Part shown: positions 1-10,248 of the stretch, piece after piece
Numbering within the stretch: position 1 is the first letter of the stretch
Layout: each line of letters starts with the position of its first letter
Source of the DNA: an uncultured Rikenellaceae bacterium
GTDB taxonomy: Bacteria; Bacteroidota; Bacteroidia; Bacteroidales; VadinHA17
DNA length: 64,000 nt
Direction: 5' to 3'
Assembly (NCBI GenBank): GCA_964596715.1
Contig: CAZQVL010000001.1
Location: forward strand, 179,166 to 243,165
Translations under genes and position numbers: made by a program
Notes under the pieces: model-generated
Databases searched by the model: none
What the model saw: the letters and a program-made list of their open reading frames with translations, nothing else
What the model was told of the DNA's origin: nothing

Positions 1-201
1 ATGAAGAAAAATAGCCGGCTGGGTTACTTTAGTCTGTTTAAGATCTTCTGTTGTGCCTGTGAACATAAGGTCTGTAATTCTGAAACCAAGTAGGGCATTG
101 GCACGTTCAAACATCTCTCTTGCCAGGGGTGATTTATCATAAAGGTGTTTCCCCATTCCAGTAAATTGTGCTCCCTGTCCGGGAAATACATACGCTATCA
201 T
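1..201 (-). CDS. fabD: malonyl CoA-ACP transacylase, N-terminal fragment (gene runs off the left edge)
   Basis: Reverse-strand translation from ATG at 201-199 reads MIAYVFPGQGAQFTGMGKHLYDKSPLAREMFERANALLGFRITDLMFTGTTEDLKQTKVTQPAIFLH, a typical FabD N-terminus (FPGQGxQ). Absent from the ORF track because it has no stop in the window. Confidence 0.8.
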   Translation of the reverse strand, partial: MIAYVFPGQGAQFTGMGKHLYDKSPLAREMFERANALLGFRITDLMFTGTTEDLKQTKVTQPAIFLH

Positions 202-211
202 CGAAATATTT

Positions 212-859
212 TTAATGCAATTTTGTACCGATCAGATGCATGAACTCCTCCCTGGTCTGAAGATGATCAAGGAATATTCCGGTAAATGCAGAAGTAGTTG
301 TAACGGAGTTTTGTTTCTGAATACCCCTTATTTGCATACACATATGCTGAGCTTCAATGACTACCGCAACTCCAAGAGGTTTAAGGCAATCCTGAAGACA
401 ATCTCTTATCTGAGTGGTCAGTCTTTCCTGTACCTGAAGCCTCCGGCTGTAAGCCTCAACCACCCGTGCTATCTTACTAAGTCCGGTTATATAACCATCA
501 GGAATATATGCTACATGAGCCTTACCGAAGAAAGGAAGCATATGATGTTCACACATGGAATAGAGATCAATATCTTTCACCAGAACCATTTGTCTGTACT
601 CTTCCTTGAATTTTGCCGAATTAATTATAGAGCAGGGGCTCTGATAGTACCCCATTGTCAGAAAACTAATTGCCTTGGCAACTCTTGAAGGAGTACCTTT
701 AAGACCTTCCCGCTCAGGATCTTCCCCAATAAGTTTGAGTACTCTGTAATAAATCGACGACAGTTCATCAATGGTTTCCTCATCCCAGGATTCAAGTTTA
801 TTGTATCCTGTAGTTATAGTTTCAAAACTATTAGTGATGGATTCAATTCTTTTAGCCAT
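212..859 (-). CDS. folE: GTP cyclohydrolase I
   Basis: 215 aa. Motif [20 protein letters not shown] and QERLT are typical of FolE type 1. Overlaps the upstream PTPS-family gene by 8 nt. Confidence 0.9.
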   Translation of the reverse strand: MAKRIESITNSFETITTGYNKLESWDEETIDELSSIYYRVLKLIGEDPEREGLKGTPSRVAKAISFLTMGYYQSPCSIINSAKFKEEYRQMVLVKDIDLYSMCEHHMLPFFGKAHVAYIPDGYITGLSKIARVVEAYSRRLQVQERLTTQIRDCLQDCLKPLGVAVVIEAQHMCMQIRGIQKQNSVTTTSAFTGIFLDHLQTREEFMHLIGTKLH

Positions 860-1262
860 AATATTCTATAAAATTATTTTCAGTTTCTTCAACTTTAATA
901 CAATGGAGATGAGCACCAGCCTTTTCTATATATGGTTCGAGTTCATCCCAGATTGCAATTGCAATATTCTCTGTTGTCGCAATCTTACCTTTCATGAAAT
1001 CTACTTCGAGATTTAGGTTTTTATGATCGATTTTTTTGATGATCCGTTCCTGTATTATTTCTTTCAGTTGTGTTATATTCATAACAAATCCTGTTTCCTC
1101 TGACATCTCACCTTTTACAGTCACAAATAAAACATAATTATGTCCGTGCCAGTTCGGATTTGAACACTTACCAAAAACCTTCAGGTTCTTATCATCAGGC
1201 CAGTCCTGCCTGAACATCCTGTGAGCAGCACTGAATCTTTCTCTCCGTGTTAAGTAGATCAT
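852..1262 (-). CDS. 6-pyruvoyl-tetrahydropterin / 6-carboxytetrahydropterin synthase family protein
   Basis: 136 aa. FSAAHRM and [11 protein letters not shown] (Cys plus HGH motif) fit the PTPS/QueD family. Translationally coupled to folE. Confidence 0.8.
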   Translation of the reverse strand: MIYLTRRERFSAAHRMFRQDWPDDKNLKVFGKCSNPNWHGHNYVLFVTVKGEMSEETGFVMNITQLKEIIQERIIKKIDHKNLNLEVDFMKGKIATTENIAIAIWDELEPYIEKAGAHLHCIKVEETENNFIEYYG

Positions 1263-1370
1263 ATGAAAGGGAGATTATAACATAATATCAGCCAGCAAAA
1301 TTGATCTTTTTAATTCATAAAAACAATATATTTATCCTGTTCTTTTGTTTAAGAAAGGCTTTAATAAATA

Positions 1371-2054
1371 ATGATATTACAGATACTATTGGTTTCTGCA
1401 ACAGACGCTGAGGCTGATGCCCTCAGAAAGATCCGTGGCATAATCAGGTTGCCTCATGGGATTTACAAATTGGATAATTATGAAATCAGTATTCTTGTAA
1501 CTGGGGTAGGATCTGTTTCAACAGCATGGGCGATGAAACAATGGCTTACAACAAATTCCAGACCTGATCTAGCCATAAATGTAGGAATAGCAGGGAGTTA
1601 CAGAGATGAAATTAAAATTGGGGACATGGTTATGCCGATTTCAGATTGTTTTGCAGACACGGGTATTGAAACCAGCAGTGGTTATCTGACCCTTGCAGAA
1701 GCAGGGCTTAGTGATCCGGATAAATATCCTTTTACAGGAGGTCAGATAATTGCCAGCAACAGGTATACAGATAGTATCCGTAAGTATCTTAGGCCGGTAA
1801 GGGCTATTACTGTTAATACTGCTACCGGATCATTAGCAAGCATCCGAAGATTATGTGATAAATATAATCCAGATATTGAAACTATGGAAGGTGCGACTTT
1901 TTTTTATATTTGTGCCATGGAGGAGATACCTTTCATTGCAATCAGGGGAATATCAAACAGAGTTGAACCACGCAACAAAAGAAACTGGAATATTACCCTG
2001 GCCATAAATAAATTATCATTAAGACTAAAAGAGATTTTATTAACATTTGATTAG
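1371..2054 (+). CDS. mqnB: futalosine hydrolase (nucleosidase family)
   Basis: 227 aa with MTA/SAH-nucleosidase-like blocks (VTGVGSVSTAW, NVGIAGS, ETMEGATFFY). Directly followed by mqnD. Confidence 0.65.
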   Translation: MILQILLVSATDAEADALRKIRGIIRLPHGIYKLDNYEISILVTGVGSVSTAWAMKQWLTTNSRPDLAINVGIAGSYRDEIKIGDMVMPISDCFADTGIETSSGYLTLAEAGLSDPDKYPFTGGQIIASNRYTDSIRKYLRPVRAITVNTATGSLASIRRLCDKYNPDIETMEGATFFYICAMEEIPFIAIRGISNRVEPRNKRNWNITLAINKLSLRLKEILLTFD

Positions 2055-2058
2055 GCAT

Positions 2059-2895
2059 ATGAAATTAACATTGGGTTTCTCGCCATGTCCCAATGACACA
2101 TTTATTTTTGATGCAATGGTTCATGGCAGAATTGATACTGAAGGACTGGAATTCGATTATTTTCTTGCTGATGTAGAGGAGCTTAACAGGAGAGCATTTA
2201 ACTCAGATATTGATATAACAAAGATCAGTTGTTATGCTTATGCTTATACTGCAAATAATTATCTGATTCTTGATCCGGGCAGTGCTCTGGGATATGGAAC
2301 AGGGCCCTTGCTTATAGGTAAACGCAAAATTAGACATTCAGAGATATCAGGATCAAGAATTGCAATACCGGGCCGATATACCACCGCCAATCTACTTTTC
2401 AGTCTTGTCTGGCCTAAAGCTCATAATAAAACCGAATACCTCTTCTCCTCCATTGAAGACGCTTTGCTTAATGATGAAGCTGATGCCGGATTAATTATCC
2501 ATGAAACACGATTTACATACCAGAGAAAAGGACTTCATAAGATATCTGACCTTGGAGAGTACTGGGAAAATCTTACCGGATTACCTGTTCCACTTGGCTC
2601 AATCGTAATAAAAAGAAATATTCCGGACGATATTGCACTGAAAGTCAACAGAATACTTCGCAGAAGTATTGAATATGCTCATGAAGATTCTTTCGCTTCA
2701 TACGAGTTTGTTCTGGACAACGCAAAGGAAATGGAAAGTGCGGTTATGAATAATCATATTAGGCTCTTCGTAAATGACTATACTTTAAACCTTGGTGCTA
2801 CAGGAAGGAAAGCTATAAAGGAACTTTACAGGATTGCAACCGAAAAAGGAATTATTCAGGAAATACCCGGGAATATTTTTCTTACAACTAAATAA
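2059..2895 (+). CDS. mqnD: 1,4-dihydroxy-6-naphthoate synthase (futalosine pathway)
   Basis: MKLTLGFSPCPNDTFIFDAMVHG N-terminus (SPCPND motif) of the MqnA/MqnD family. ATG at 2059 preferred over the TTG at 2047 used in the track. Confidence 0.65.
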   Translation: MKLTLGFSPCPNDTFIFDAMVHGRIDTEGLEFDYFLADVEELNRRAFNSDIDITKISCYAYAYTANNYLILDPGSALGYGTGPLLIGKRKIRHSEISGSRIAIPGRYTTANLLFSLVWPKAHNKTEYLFSSIEDALLNDEADAGLIIHETRFTYQRKGLHKISDLGEYWENLTGLPVPLGSIVIKRNIPDDIALKVNRILRRSIEYAHEDSFASYEFVLDNAKEMESAVMNNHIRLFVNDYTLNLGATGRKAIKELYRIATEKGIIQEIPGNIFLTTK

Positions 2896-2939
2896 TATTC
2901 TTCCGACAACAATAATTTCGTTATCTTAAATATAAGCTC

Positions 2940-4511
2940 ATGAGAAACATTGTCTCTTTTTTAGTACTGGTTATCCTGGCCGTCAATACGATGGCACAAC
3001 AGGGTAAAGTTATTGATCGTATTATGGAACTCGGACAGACCGACAACCGCACTATGCATCACCTTGATGTTATAACGAATCGTTTTGGAGGACGACTTGT
3101 AGGATCTGATGCCTACGAGAATGCTTCACTATGGTGTACATCTGAGTTTCGCAAGTGGGGAATGGAGGTTATACTGGATGAGGCTGGCACTGTTCCTGTT
3201 GGATTCAACCGCGGACCCTGGTTTGGCAGGATGCTTTCTGATAATGGTATGATATTGCATTTTGCTACTCCTTCGTACACCGCTGGCACTAAAGGTGTTC
3301 AGCGAGGTCATGTGCTTATGGAACCAAAGAGCCGTGAAGAATTCGATAGGATGAAAGGTGTACTCAATGGTGCATGGGTATTGATATCCGGTAAGAACAA
3401 CGGCTGGCCGATCGACTATTCATTTAAGGCTGACTCTATACGGGCAAAGATACTTGCTGAGAATGATTCGATAGCCAGAATAAACAGGGAGATAGTGAGA
3501 GAGAACAGAAGTAATCCCGGTAAACCTCAGAAAGAGCTTTTACCGCTTAAGGATGAACCGGCACTTTTATACCGCCAGATGCGCGAGGCTGGTATCCTGG
3601 GTATAATAAAGTCGTCAGAGGTGCCAATCAGAGCGTTATATGACCGGAACAATATTGATAGCATGACCTTTGAGACTCTGCCAACAGTATGCGATATAAA
3701 ACTTGATGAATATCAGTATGCTATTATAGAACAGATGGTCAGGGAACGAAAATATTTTCTCCTTGAGTTTGACATACGAAATCATTTCAAACCGGGTCCG
3801 GTCTCTTATCATAATGTAATTGGTGTGATACGTGGAATCCGGTATCCTGATGAGTATGTAATGATGGGTGGCCACCTTGATGCTTTTGATGTCGCTACCG
3901 GAGGCGTAGATGATGGTTCCGGTGTAACTCCTGTCATGGAGGCTGCCCGTCTGATAATGGCTGCAGGAGGCAAACCAAAACGTACTATATTAGTTTGCCT
4001 GTGGGCTGCAGAAGAGTTCGGTCTTTATGGTTCAAAACACTGGGTGGAAAATAACAAGGAGAAACTTCCGGCTATCTCAAACTATTTCAACCGGGATGGA
4101 GGCCCTACAGTTGCAACCGGTCTTACTGTGCCTGAAGCAATGTATGATGATTTTGAAATGATATGTAAACCATTGAACTCAATAAATCCCGACTTCCCCT
4201 TTACTCTTAACAAGCGTACACAACCACCACGTCCAAAACCAACAACAGCCCACGGATCGGATCATGCTTATTTTGCCATTAACGGAGTACCTGCATTATC
4301 GTTTGAAATCCCTGATATAAAAGGGTATAACTTCAATTATAATGAAATCTGGCACACTGAACGGGATACATACAATAAAAGTATACCTGAATACCAGGAA
4401 CATACATCCGTGGTGACTGCAGTAGTAGTATATGGCCTTGCAAACCTTGACCATCTCCTTTCAAGAAAAAATCTGTACTCTGAACCGGAAGATAAGAATC
4501 CTGAAAAGTAA
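2940..4511 (+). CDS. secreted M28-family zinc peptidase
   Basis: 523 aa with a signal peptide. Metal-ligand blocks GGHLDAFDVATGGVDDGSG and LWAAEEFGLYGSKHW. Confidence 0.8.
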   Translation: MRNIVSFLVLVILAVNTMAQQGKVIDRIMELGQTDNRTMHHLDVITNRFGGRLVGSDAYENASLWCTSEFRKWGMEVILDEAGTVPVGFNRGPWFGRMLSDNGMILHFATPSYTAGTKGVQRGHVLMEPKSREEFDRMKGVLNGAWVLISGKNNGWPIDYSFKADSIRAKILAENDSIARINREIVRENRSNPGKPQKELLPLKDEPALLYRQMREAGILGIIKSSEVPIRALYDRNNIDSMTFETLPTVCDIKLDEYQYAIIEQMVRERKYFLLEFDIRNHFKPGPVSYHNVIGVIRGIRYPDEYVMMGGHLDAFDVATGGVDDGSGVTPVMEAARLIMAAGGKPKRTILVCLWAAEEFGLYGSKHWVENNKEKLPAISNYFNRDGGPTVATGLTVPEAMYDDFEMICKPLNSINPDFPFTLNKRTQPPRPKPTTAHGSDHAYFAINGVPALSFEIPDIKGYNFNYNEIWHTERDTYNKSIPEYQEHTSVVTAVVVYGLANLDHLLSRKNLYSEPEDKNPEK

Positions 4512-4556
4512 GATTCTTTTTCTAATTTTACAGTTGATAATAACATCAATTCAAAT

Positions 4557-5129
4557 ATGATACTAAAGGAGCTTATTCTTAAAACCAGGTCATACAGGCG
4601 GTTTAATGGAACACACAGGATTGATATTAAAACACTCGAAAACCTGGTTGATCTGGCAAGGGTTTCAGCATCTGCTGCTAACCGTCAGCCTCTTAAATAC
4701 CTTTTGTTCAATACACCTGACGATTGTAAAAGGATTTACCCTTCAATTGCATGGGCTGGTTATCTTAAGGACTGGCCCGGACCCGGTGCGGACGAAAGAC
4801 CCTCAGCGTATATTATAATGCTGGGTGACAGATCAATAACCGAATCTTTCAGTTTTGATCCTGGTATTGCAGCTCAAAGTATCATGCTGGGAGCCACTGA
4901 AATGGATTTGGGTGGTTGTATGATTGCCTCAATTAAGAAGGAGGAACTAAGGAACGAGCTTGATATTCCTGAAAAGTACGAGATACTTTTAATACTTGCA
5001 TTGGGCAAGCCTGTGGAGCATGTGGTTATCGATGAAATTAAAGAAGGTGATATTAAATACTGGAGGGATGATAAGAATATACATCATGTGCCTAAACGAA
5101 CTCTAAATGAATTGATTATAAAGCTATAA
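4557..5129 (+). CDS. nitroreductase family protein
   Basis: 190 aa. RSYRRF and ASAANRQP blocks are typical of the FMN nitroreductase fold. Confidence 0.75.
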   Translation: MILKELILKTRSYRRFNGTHRIDIKTLENLVDLARVSASAANRQPLKYLLFNTPDDCKRIYPSIAWAGYLKDWPGPGADERPSAYIIMLGDRSITESFSFDPGIAAQSIMLGATEMDLGGCMIASIKKEELRNELDIPEKYEILLILALGKPVEHVVIDEIKEGDIKYWRDDKNIHHVPKRTLNELIIKL

Positions 5130-5142
5130 TCCGCCAATAAGT

Positions 5143-5865
5143 TTGAAAAGAATCCGTTTAATATTGCTTATGATTATTCTGTGCATACAGATACTTAACT
5201 GCCAGGAGGGTAAGAAGGAAGAAGTAATGCTCCTTTTTAACGGGGTAGTAATGGATGCATCCACTCTTGTACCGCTTTCAAATTCCCAGATATTCATCAA
5301 CAGGTCATTTTACTCGGTAAGTGAAGAAGATGGGACTTTTGCATTCTGGGTTAAGAGAAATGACACAGTATTATTCAGCAGGCTTGGCTATAAATCAACA
5401 GTATTATATGTAAGTGATACACTCTCGGGCCGCCAATTTAATGCCGGAATCTATATGCAATCTGATACTTTGTCAATTGGGGAGGTTATTATTGTACCTC
5501 GACTTGCAAACCTGAGATCAGAAATTATGAATGCAAAACCTGAACAAAATGCCGAAATAAATAATGCCAGGATTAACGTTGCCGTATCGGCCTACCAGGG
5601 TCTTCACAGCCAAAGCAGGCTTGGAGATCCTGCCCTCAATTACGAAGTCCTTCGTCAGAAGCAAAGGATAGAGGCCTATGAAAGAGGCGGGATACCTTCG
5701 AATAAAATGGTGGGGATCAGCCCTTTAATCTTATTGCCGGCTGCGTATTTACTTATCCATGGTTTGCCTGAGAAACCTACTCCTTTAAAGCCGAGTCTTA
5801 CAAGGCAGGAAGTGGATCAGATACACCAGAAATATCTTGAATCTTTAAGAAAAAAAACGCATTAG
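5143..5865 (+). CDS. secreted hypothetical protein with carboxypeptidase-regulatory-like domain
   Basis: 240 aa, TTG start, signal peptide. NGVVMDASTLVPLSNSQI...EDGTFAF...GYKS resembles the CarboxypepD_reg fold. Confidence 0.4.
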   Translation: MKRIRLILLMIILCIQILNCQEGKKEEVMLLFNGVVMDASTLVPLSNSQIFINRSFYSVSEEDGTFAFWVKRNDTVLFSRLGYKSTVLYVSDTLSGRQFNAGIYMQSDTLSIGEVIIVPRLANLRSEIMNAKPEQNAEINNARINVAVSAYQGLHSQSRLGDPALNYEVLRQKQRIEAYERGGIPSNKMVGISPLILLPAAYLLIHGLPEKPTPLKPSLTRQEVDQIHQKYLESLRKKTH

Positions 5866-5918
5866 CACCCGGCACCTTTTATCCGCTGAAGCTTTAGCGA
5901 AAGCGGACAGCACCCTAT

Positions 5919-6830
5919 CTATCCTTTATAGAATATTGCTCTAATAATATGGCTTGCCATTTTCGGATTTTCTTTCAGGCGTCGTGTAGAATATCCAAAC
6001 CAGTCTTTTCCGAATGGGACATAAACTCTCATTGTATGCCCATTATTTGAAATACTGTCACGTAACCGGGGTGTAACTCCATATAGCATTTGGAATTCAT
6101 ACATGTGTTTTGGGACCAGGTATTTTTCAATCAGCCGGTAAGCTCCTTCAACCAGAGGTTTATCATGAGTTGCAATACCTGCATGGATCTTATTACTGAA
6201 CATAAACTCAAGATCTTCAAGGAAATGCTGATTAACCTCTTCATATTTTTTGTAGGCAATTGTTTCCGGTTCTATGTAGATACCTTTGCACAATCTGACG
6301 CTTAACGGGATTTCAGCATTGTTAAGATCTATTAAATTCTGAATATCGTTCATCGTTCTCCTGAGATATGCCTGAAGAACCAGACCAACGTTTGCAGGAA
6401 ATTCTTCCCTGATCTTCCGGAATATTTCAATTTCCATGTCGGTACAGGGTGAGTCTTCCATGTCTATCCTGATAAAACTGTTTATTGAGGCGGCTTTTGC
6501 AACAATCTCACGAATGTGATTATAGCAGATATTTTTATCAAGTAAAAGACCAAAGCTTGTTGGCTTAACTGAAAAATTTCCATCAATGCCGTTTTCGGTA
6601 ACTGCCTCAATAAGATCAAGGTATTCCTGCTTATTGGCTTCTGCTTCATCGATAGTCTTGATAAATTCTCCCAGAACATCAAGAGTAACTTTTATTTGTT
6701 TATTATTAAAATCTTTCGAGACTCTTATTGCATCATCAACCGTTTCACCTGAAATATAAGGTCTGGAAAAAATCCATATAAATTTCTTTGGGAAATAGGG
6801 TAATATTGACGCAATTAGTTTATTAAACAT
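5919..6830 (-). CDS. proline dehydrogenase family protein (stand-alone)
   Basis: 303 aa. Blocks FIRIDMEDS, LQAYLRRT, VRLCKGIY and YEFQMLYG are as in PutA-type proline dehydrogenase domains. Confidence 0.75.
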   Translation of the reverse strand: MFNKLIASILPYFPKKFIWIFSRPYISGETVDDAIRVSKDFNNKQIKVTLDVLGEFIKTIDEAEANKQEYLDLIEAVTENGIDGNFSVKPTSFGLLLDKNICYNHIREIVAKAASINSFIRIDMEDSPCTDMEIEIFRKIREEFPANVGLVLQAYLRRTMNDIQNLIDLNNAEIPLSVRLCKGIYIEPETIAYKKYEEVNQHFLEDLEFMFSNKIHAGIATHDKPLVEGAYRLIEKYLVPKHMYEFQMLYGVTPRLRDSISNNGHTMRVYVPFGKDWFGYSTRRLKENPKMASHIIRAIFYKG

Positions 6831-7049
6831 TTTATCTGTTTTCTATTAGATGTTAATTGAAAATGCAATGTCGTAGATTTTCTGTTAAACTCGTTTAAGA
6901 TACTAAGAAAATTGATTATAACTGGCTATTAAATGATCTTTGTCACAGGATTAGGATGATATCAAACAGGAATTTCTTTATTTTGATAAAAAATTTCAAA
7001 TAATGCAACCATTTATTAAAATGGCAGGTCTTAAAATTGTCCTCTGTTT

Positions 7050-7613
7050 ATGCTGAGCGACCGTCAAATAATTGAAGGATGCGCAAAACACGACAGGAAG
7101 GCGCAGCAGATACTCTATGACAAGTATTCACGGTTCCTCCTGGGTGTTTGTCTTCGGTATGCTACTGACAGGGCTGAAGCTGAGGATATTTTACAGGATA
7201 GTTTTTTGAAGATCTTTTTCAGTATTAGGGATTTTTCAGGAACAGGTTCTTTCATAGGCTGGTTAAGAAAGGTTGCTGTCAATACTGCAATTACACATTA
7301 TCATAAAAACCTGAAATACAGGTATCATATTGATATTGAGGACTATGTATCGGCTGAAACTGGTGTATCCAGCTTTGAGGAGGATTTTTATACTTCCGAT
7401 GAATTGTATAAAATTCTCAATGAGCTCCCGGCTGGCTACAGAATGGTCTTTAACCTTTATGCAATTGAAGGTTATAAGCATAAAGAAATAGCCAAATTAC
7501 TGGGAATAGACACAAATACATCAAAATCTCAATACAGCAGGGCCAGGGCAGTGATCAGGGAAAAACTGGAAATACTGCGGAGATTGAAAAGTAACTATTC
7601 TGATAGTAAATGA
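7050..7613 (+). CDS. ECF-type RNA polymerase sigma-70 factor
   Basis: 187 aa. Region 2 (AEDILQDSFLKIF) and region 4 HTH (YKHKEIAKLLGIDTNTSKSQYSRARAVIREKL). Confidence 0.85.
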   Translation: MLSDRQIIEGCAKHDRKAQQILYDKYSRFLLGVCLRYATDRAEAEDILQDSFLKIFFSIRDFSGTGSFIGWLRKVAVNTAITHYHKNLKYRYHIDIEDYVSAETGVSSFEEDFYTSDELYKILNELPAGYRMVFNLYAIEGYKHKEIAKLLGIDTNTSKSQYSRARAVIREKLEILRRLKSNYSDSK

Positions 7614-7639
7614 TATTAAAAACTGATTAATAAGATTCA

Positions 7640-8995
7640 GTGAAAGAAAAGAAGGAAGATAAGAACCTGCGGGATTTATTCAGGCACAAGCTTGATAATA
7701 TCGAGATTACTCCCGGCGCATCGGCTAAAACCGGGCTGATGCGCAAGCTTGGAAGGAAGGAATTCCTGCGCTTTATTCCCGGAAGGTTCAATATATATTA
7801 TCTTGGAGGCATCGTAGCTGCGACTGTAGCAGCAACAGCAATACTTATTTTTTCGGGATCTGAAGATGATAAAAAAAGTGAACGTTCACATGTACCTCCT
7901 GTTGATTTAATGATGGAAGATTTTACGGATTCTATGTATGTTTCTGAGGAGAAACAGATTATTCAGGATTCCGGGATCAGTAAAACGACAGAAGATATAT
8001 CTGCAGAATCTGCGGTTTATGACCTTGAAGAAAGATCCTCCGAAAATATTAATATACAGAGTAAACAAAAAAATACGATAAGAGAGAAGGATTACTTAAG
8101 TATTTCAGATATTACCGGATCAATTTCAAAAAGTAATCTGTTAATAGATACAGGTGCTGACAGGAATAATCTTAAGAGTAAGTTATTAAAGAAAGAACCA
8201 CTTTTTGAGCCGTCTGTAACCTCTGGCTGTACCCCGTTAAAGATACGTTTTATAAGTAATTCAGGCTCGTCCTGTTCTTTCCACTGGAGTTTTGGCGATG
8301 GGGGATATTCAAATGAGAAGGATCCTGAATGGATATTTGATATTTCCGGGGAATATAAGGTTACTCTTAATGTCTTGCACTCTGATGGTTCAAAAGAAAT
8401 ATCTTCTGCTGTTATTACAGCTTATCCCAAACCTGTTGCCCGTTTTGAAATGCTTCCGGAAGATGCAGTTATTCCGGACGATGAGATACAATTTATCAAT
8501 TATTCAACCATTGCTGTTAAATCCAAATGGGAATTTGGAGACGGAGCTGCTTCAGATCTCTTTGAGCCCCGTCATAAGTATGAAAAATCCGGTAATTACA
8601 CAATCAGATTGATAGTATATTCCGAATATGGCTGTGCTGATTCAATTGTTTTAGTAAATGCTTTTGCAGGTTCAGGTAGTTTTATTGATTTTCCTAATGC
8701 TTTCATACCTAATCCGGGAGGACCCACTGGCGGATATTATTCTTTCACAAGTGATGAGGCTGCCAGTATATTTCACCCGGTGTTTTCAGGAGTCTCGGAT
8801 TATCAACTGAGAATTTTCAGTAAACATGGTATTCTTATTTTTGAGAGCAACGACATTAATATGGGCTGGGATGGTTATTTTAACGGGCAGCTCTGCGAAC
8901 CGGGTGTCTATATCTGGAAAGTCCGTGGTAGTTTCAGGAACGGTGAACCTTTTACAAAAATGGGGGATCTGACTCTTCTGAAGGATAGTCAATAA
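7640..8995 (+). CDS. membrane-anchored PKD-repeat protein with T9SS type-B C-terminal domain, in the anti-sigma position
   Basis: 451 aa, GTG start 26 nt after the sigma gene. Charged N-terminus, one hydrophobic helix (YYLGGIVAATVAATAILIF), two PKD repeats (WSFGDG, WEFGDG), then a C-terminal FPNAFIPN...MGWDGYFNG...GVYIWKV block. Confidence 0.7.
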   Translation: MKEKKEDKNLRDLFRHKLDNIEITPGASAKTGLMRKLGRKEFLRFIPGRFNIYYLGGIVAATVAATAILIFSGSEDDKKSERSHVPPVDLMMEDFTDSMYVSEEKQIIQDSGISKTTEDISAESAVYDLEERSSENINIQSKQKNTIREKDYLSISDITGSISKSNLLIDTGADRNNLKSKLLKKEPLFEPSVTSGCTPLKIRFISNSGSSCSFHWSFGDGGYSNEKDPEWIFDISGEYKVTLNVLHSDGSKEISSAVITAYPKPVARFEMLPEDAVIPDDEIQFINYSTIAVKSKWEFGDGAASDLFEPRHKYEKSGNYTIRLIVYSEYGCADSIVLVNAFAGSGSFIDFPNAFIPNPGGPTGGYYSFTSDEAASIFHPVFSGVSDYQLRIFSKHGILIFESNDINMGWDGYFNGQLCEPGVYIWKVRGSFRNGEPFTKMGDLTLLKDSQ

Positions 8996-9178
8996 TTAGG
9001 TTGGATCATCTAAAAAAACTGTCCATTAATCTGCTGCTACCTGCCAGAATCTTCATTCTATGATAATATTTGTTTACTAAATTGTTCATAAAGTTGTCAC
9101 ATTATGAACAAAATTTCGTAAAAGGGTATATCAATATTAATTTCATTTGATTATTTTCGTCACTGAAACCTAACAGTA

Positions 9179-10177
9179 TTGAATTTGCCGAAGAGAATAA
9201 TATATTCGCTAATACTGTCACTAATGTTTTTTCCAGATAGTTACGGACAGGATCCTACTTTCTCTCAGTTTTATGCAAATTCACTTTATTTAGCTCCCTC
9301 TTTTGCAGGGGCGACAGATGAATACAGACTTGCTATTAATTACAGGAATCAATGGCCTGCAGTGCCGGGTGTCTTCCATACCTACAGTATATCATTTGAC
9401 AAGGCTCTGGTTAACTTTAACTCCGGTATCGGAGTGCTAGCTACCTATGATGTAGCCGGCTCAGGTGATCTGAGTACTACAAATATTGGTTTGCTCTATT
9501 CTTACGATTTTCAAATAAGTAACGAGTGGCATATCCGGCCGGGAGTTAATTTCAAGTTTTATTACCTCGGGCTTGATATCTATAAGCTTATTTTTAACAG
9601 CCAGATGACAGGAAGCGGTACTGTTCCGTCTGTTTATCCACCTCCATTTGATAATGTTGCCGATGTTGATTTTGCTACATCAGCGCTTGTATATAACGAC
9701 AGGATCTGGGGTGGTATTACATTTGATCACCTTCTGGTTCCTAAACAATCCTTTTATGGTGAAGAAGCGAATCTCCCTGTAAAGGTGAATTTATTTGGAG
9801 GAATTCAGATTTTAAGAAAGACAAGGTTAAAACAAAAACTTCAGGAAGTTCTTTCTGTTGCTCTAAATTTCCAGAAACAGGCAAAATTCTATCAGTCAGA
9901 TGTTGGATTGTATTACTATAAAGATCCACTCATTTTTGGTATATGGTACAGGGGTATACCGTTTGTCACATCTCAGGCAGGAGATGCAATCATTGGATTG
10001 ATTGGAATTAAAACTGACCAGCTTCATATAGGGTACAGTTATGACTTTACTATTTCAAACCTTATCAGTTCCACTTCCGGAGCACATGAGGTCTCTCTGG
10101 TATATGAATTTACTTCTCTTATTGTCAGCAAGCAGGGTCGCAGGAGATACAGAGCAATACCCTGCCCCGAATTCTGA
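9179..10177 (+). CDS. PorP/SprF-family type IX secretion membrane protein
   Basis: 332 aa, TTG start, signal peptide. QDPTFSQFYANSLYLAPSFAG and NYRNQWP are family hallmarks. Confidence 0.8.
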   Translation: MNLPKRIIYSLILSLMFFPDSYGQDPTFSQFYANSLYLAPSFAGATDEYRLAINYRNQWPAVPGVFHTYSISFDKALVNFNSGIGVLATYDVAGSGDLSTTNIGLLYSYDFQISNEWHIRPGVNFKFYYLGLDIYKLIFNSQMTGSGTVPSVYPPPFDNVADVDFATSALVYNDRIWGGITFDHLLVPKQSFYGEEANLPVKVNLFGGIQILRKTRLKQKLQEVLSVALNFQKQAKFYQSDVGLYYYKDPLIFGIWYRGIPFVTSQAGDAIIGLIGIKTDQLHIGYSYDFTISNLISSTSGAHEVSLVYEFTSLIVSKQGRRRYRAIPCPEF

Positions 10178-10195
10178 GGCCGGCATTTTTATTTA

Positions 10196-10203
10196 TATTT
10201 TTG
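10196..10203 (+). promoter_or_regulatory. candidate Bacteroidota -7 box (TATTTTTG)
   Basis: Matches the TAnnTTTG consensus, 46 nt upstream of the ompH-like ATG. Confidence 0.3.
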
Positions 10204-10248
10204 TTTATCTTTAAGCCTTATTAATGTTCAATAAATATTGATATTGCA

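Noticed and set aside
215-688. 157-aa plus-strand ORF
   Set aside because: It lies entirely antisense to the well-supported folE gene and has no recognisable motifs. Shadow ORF.
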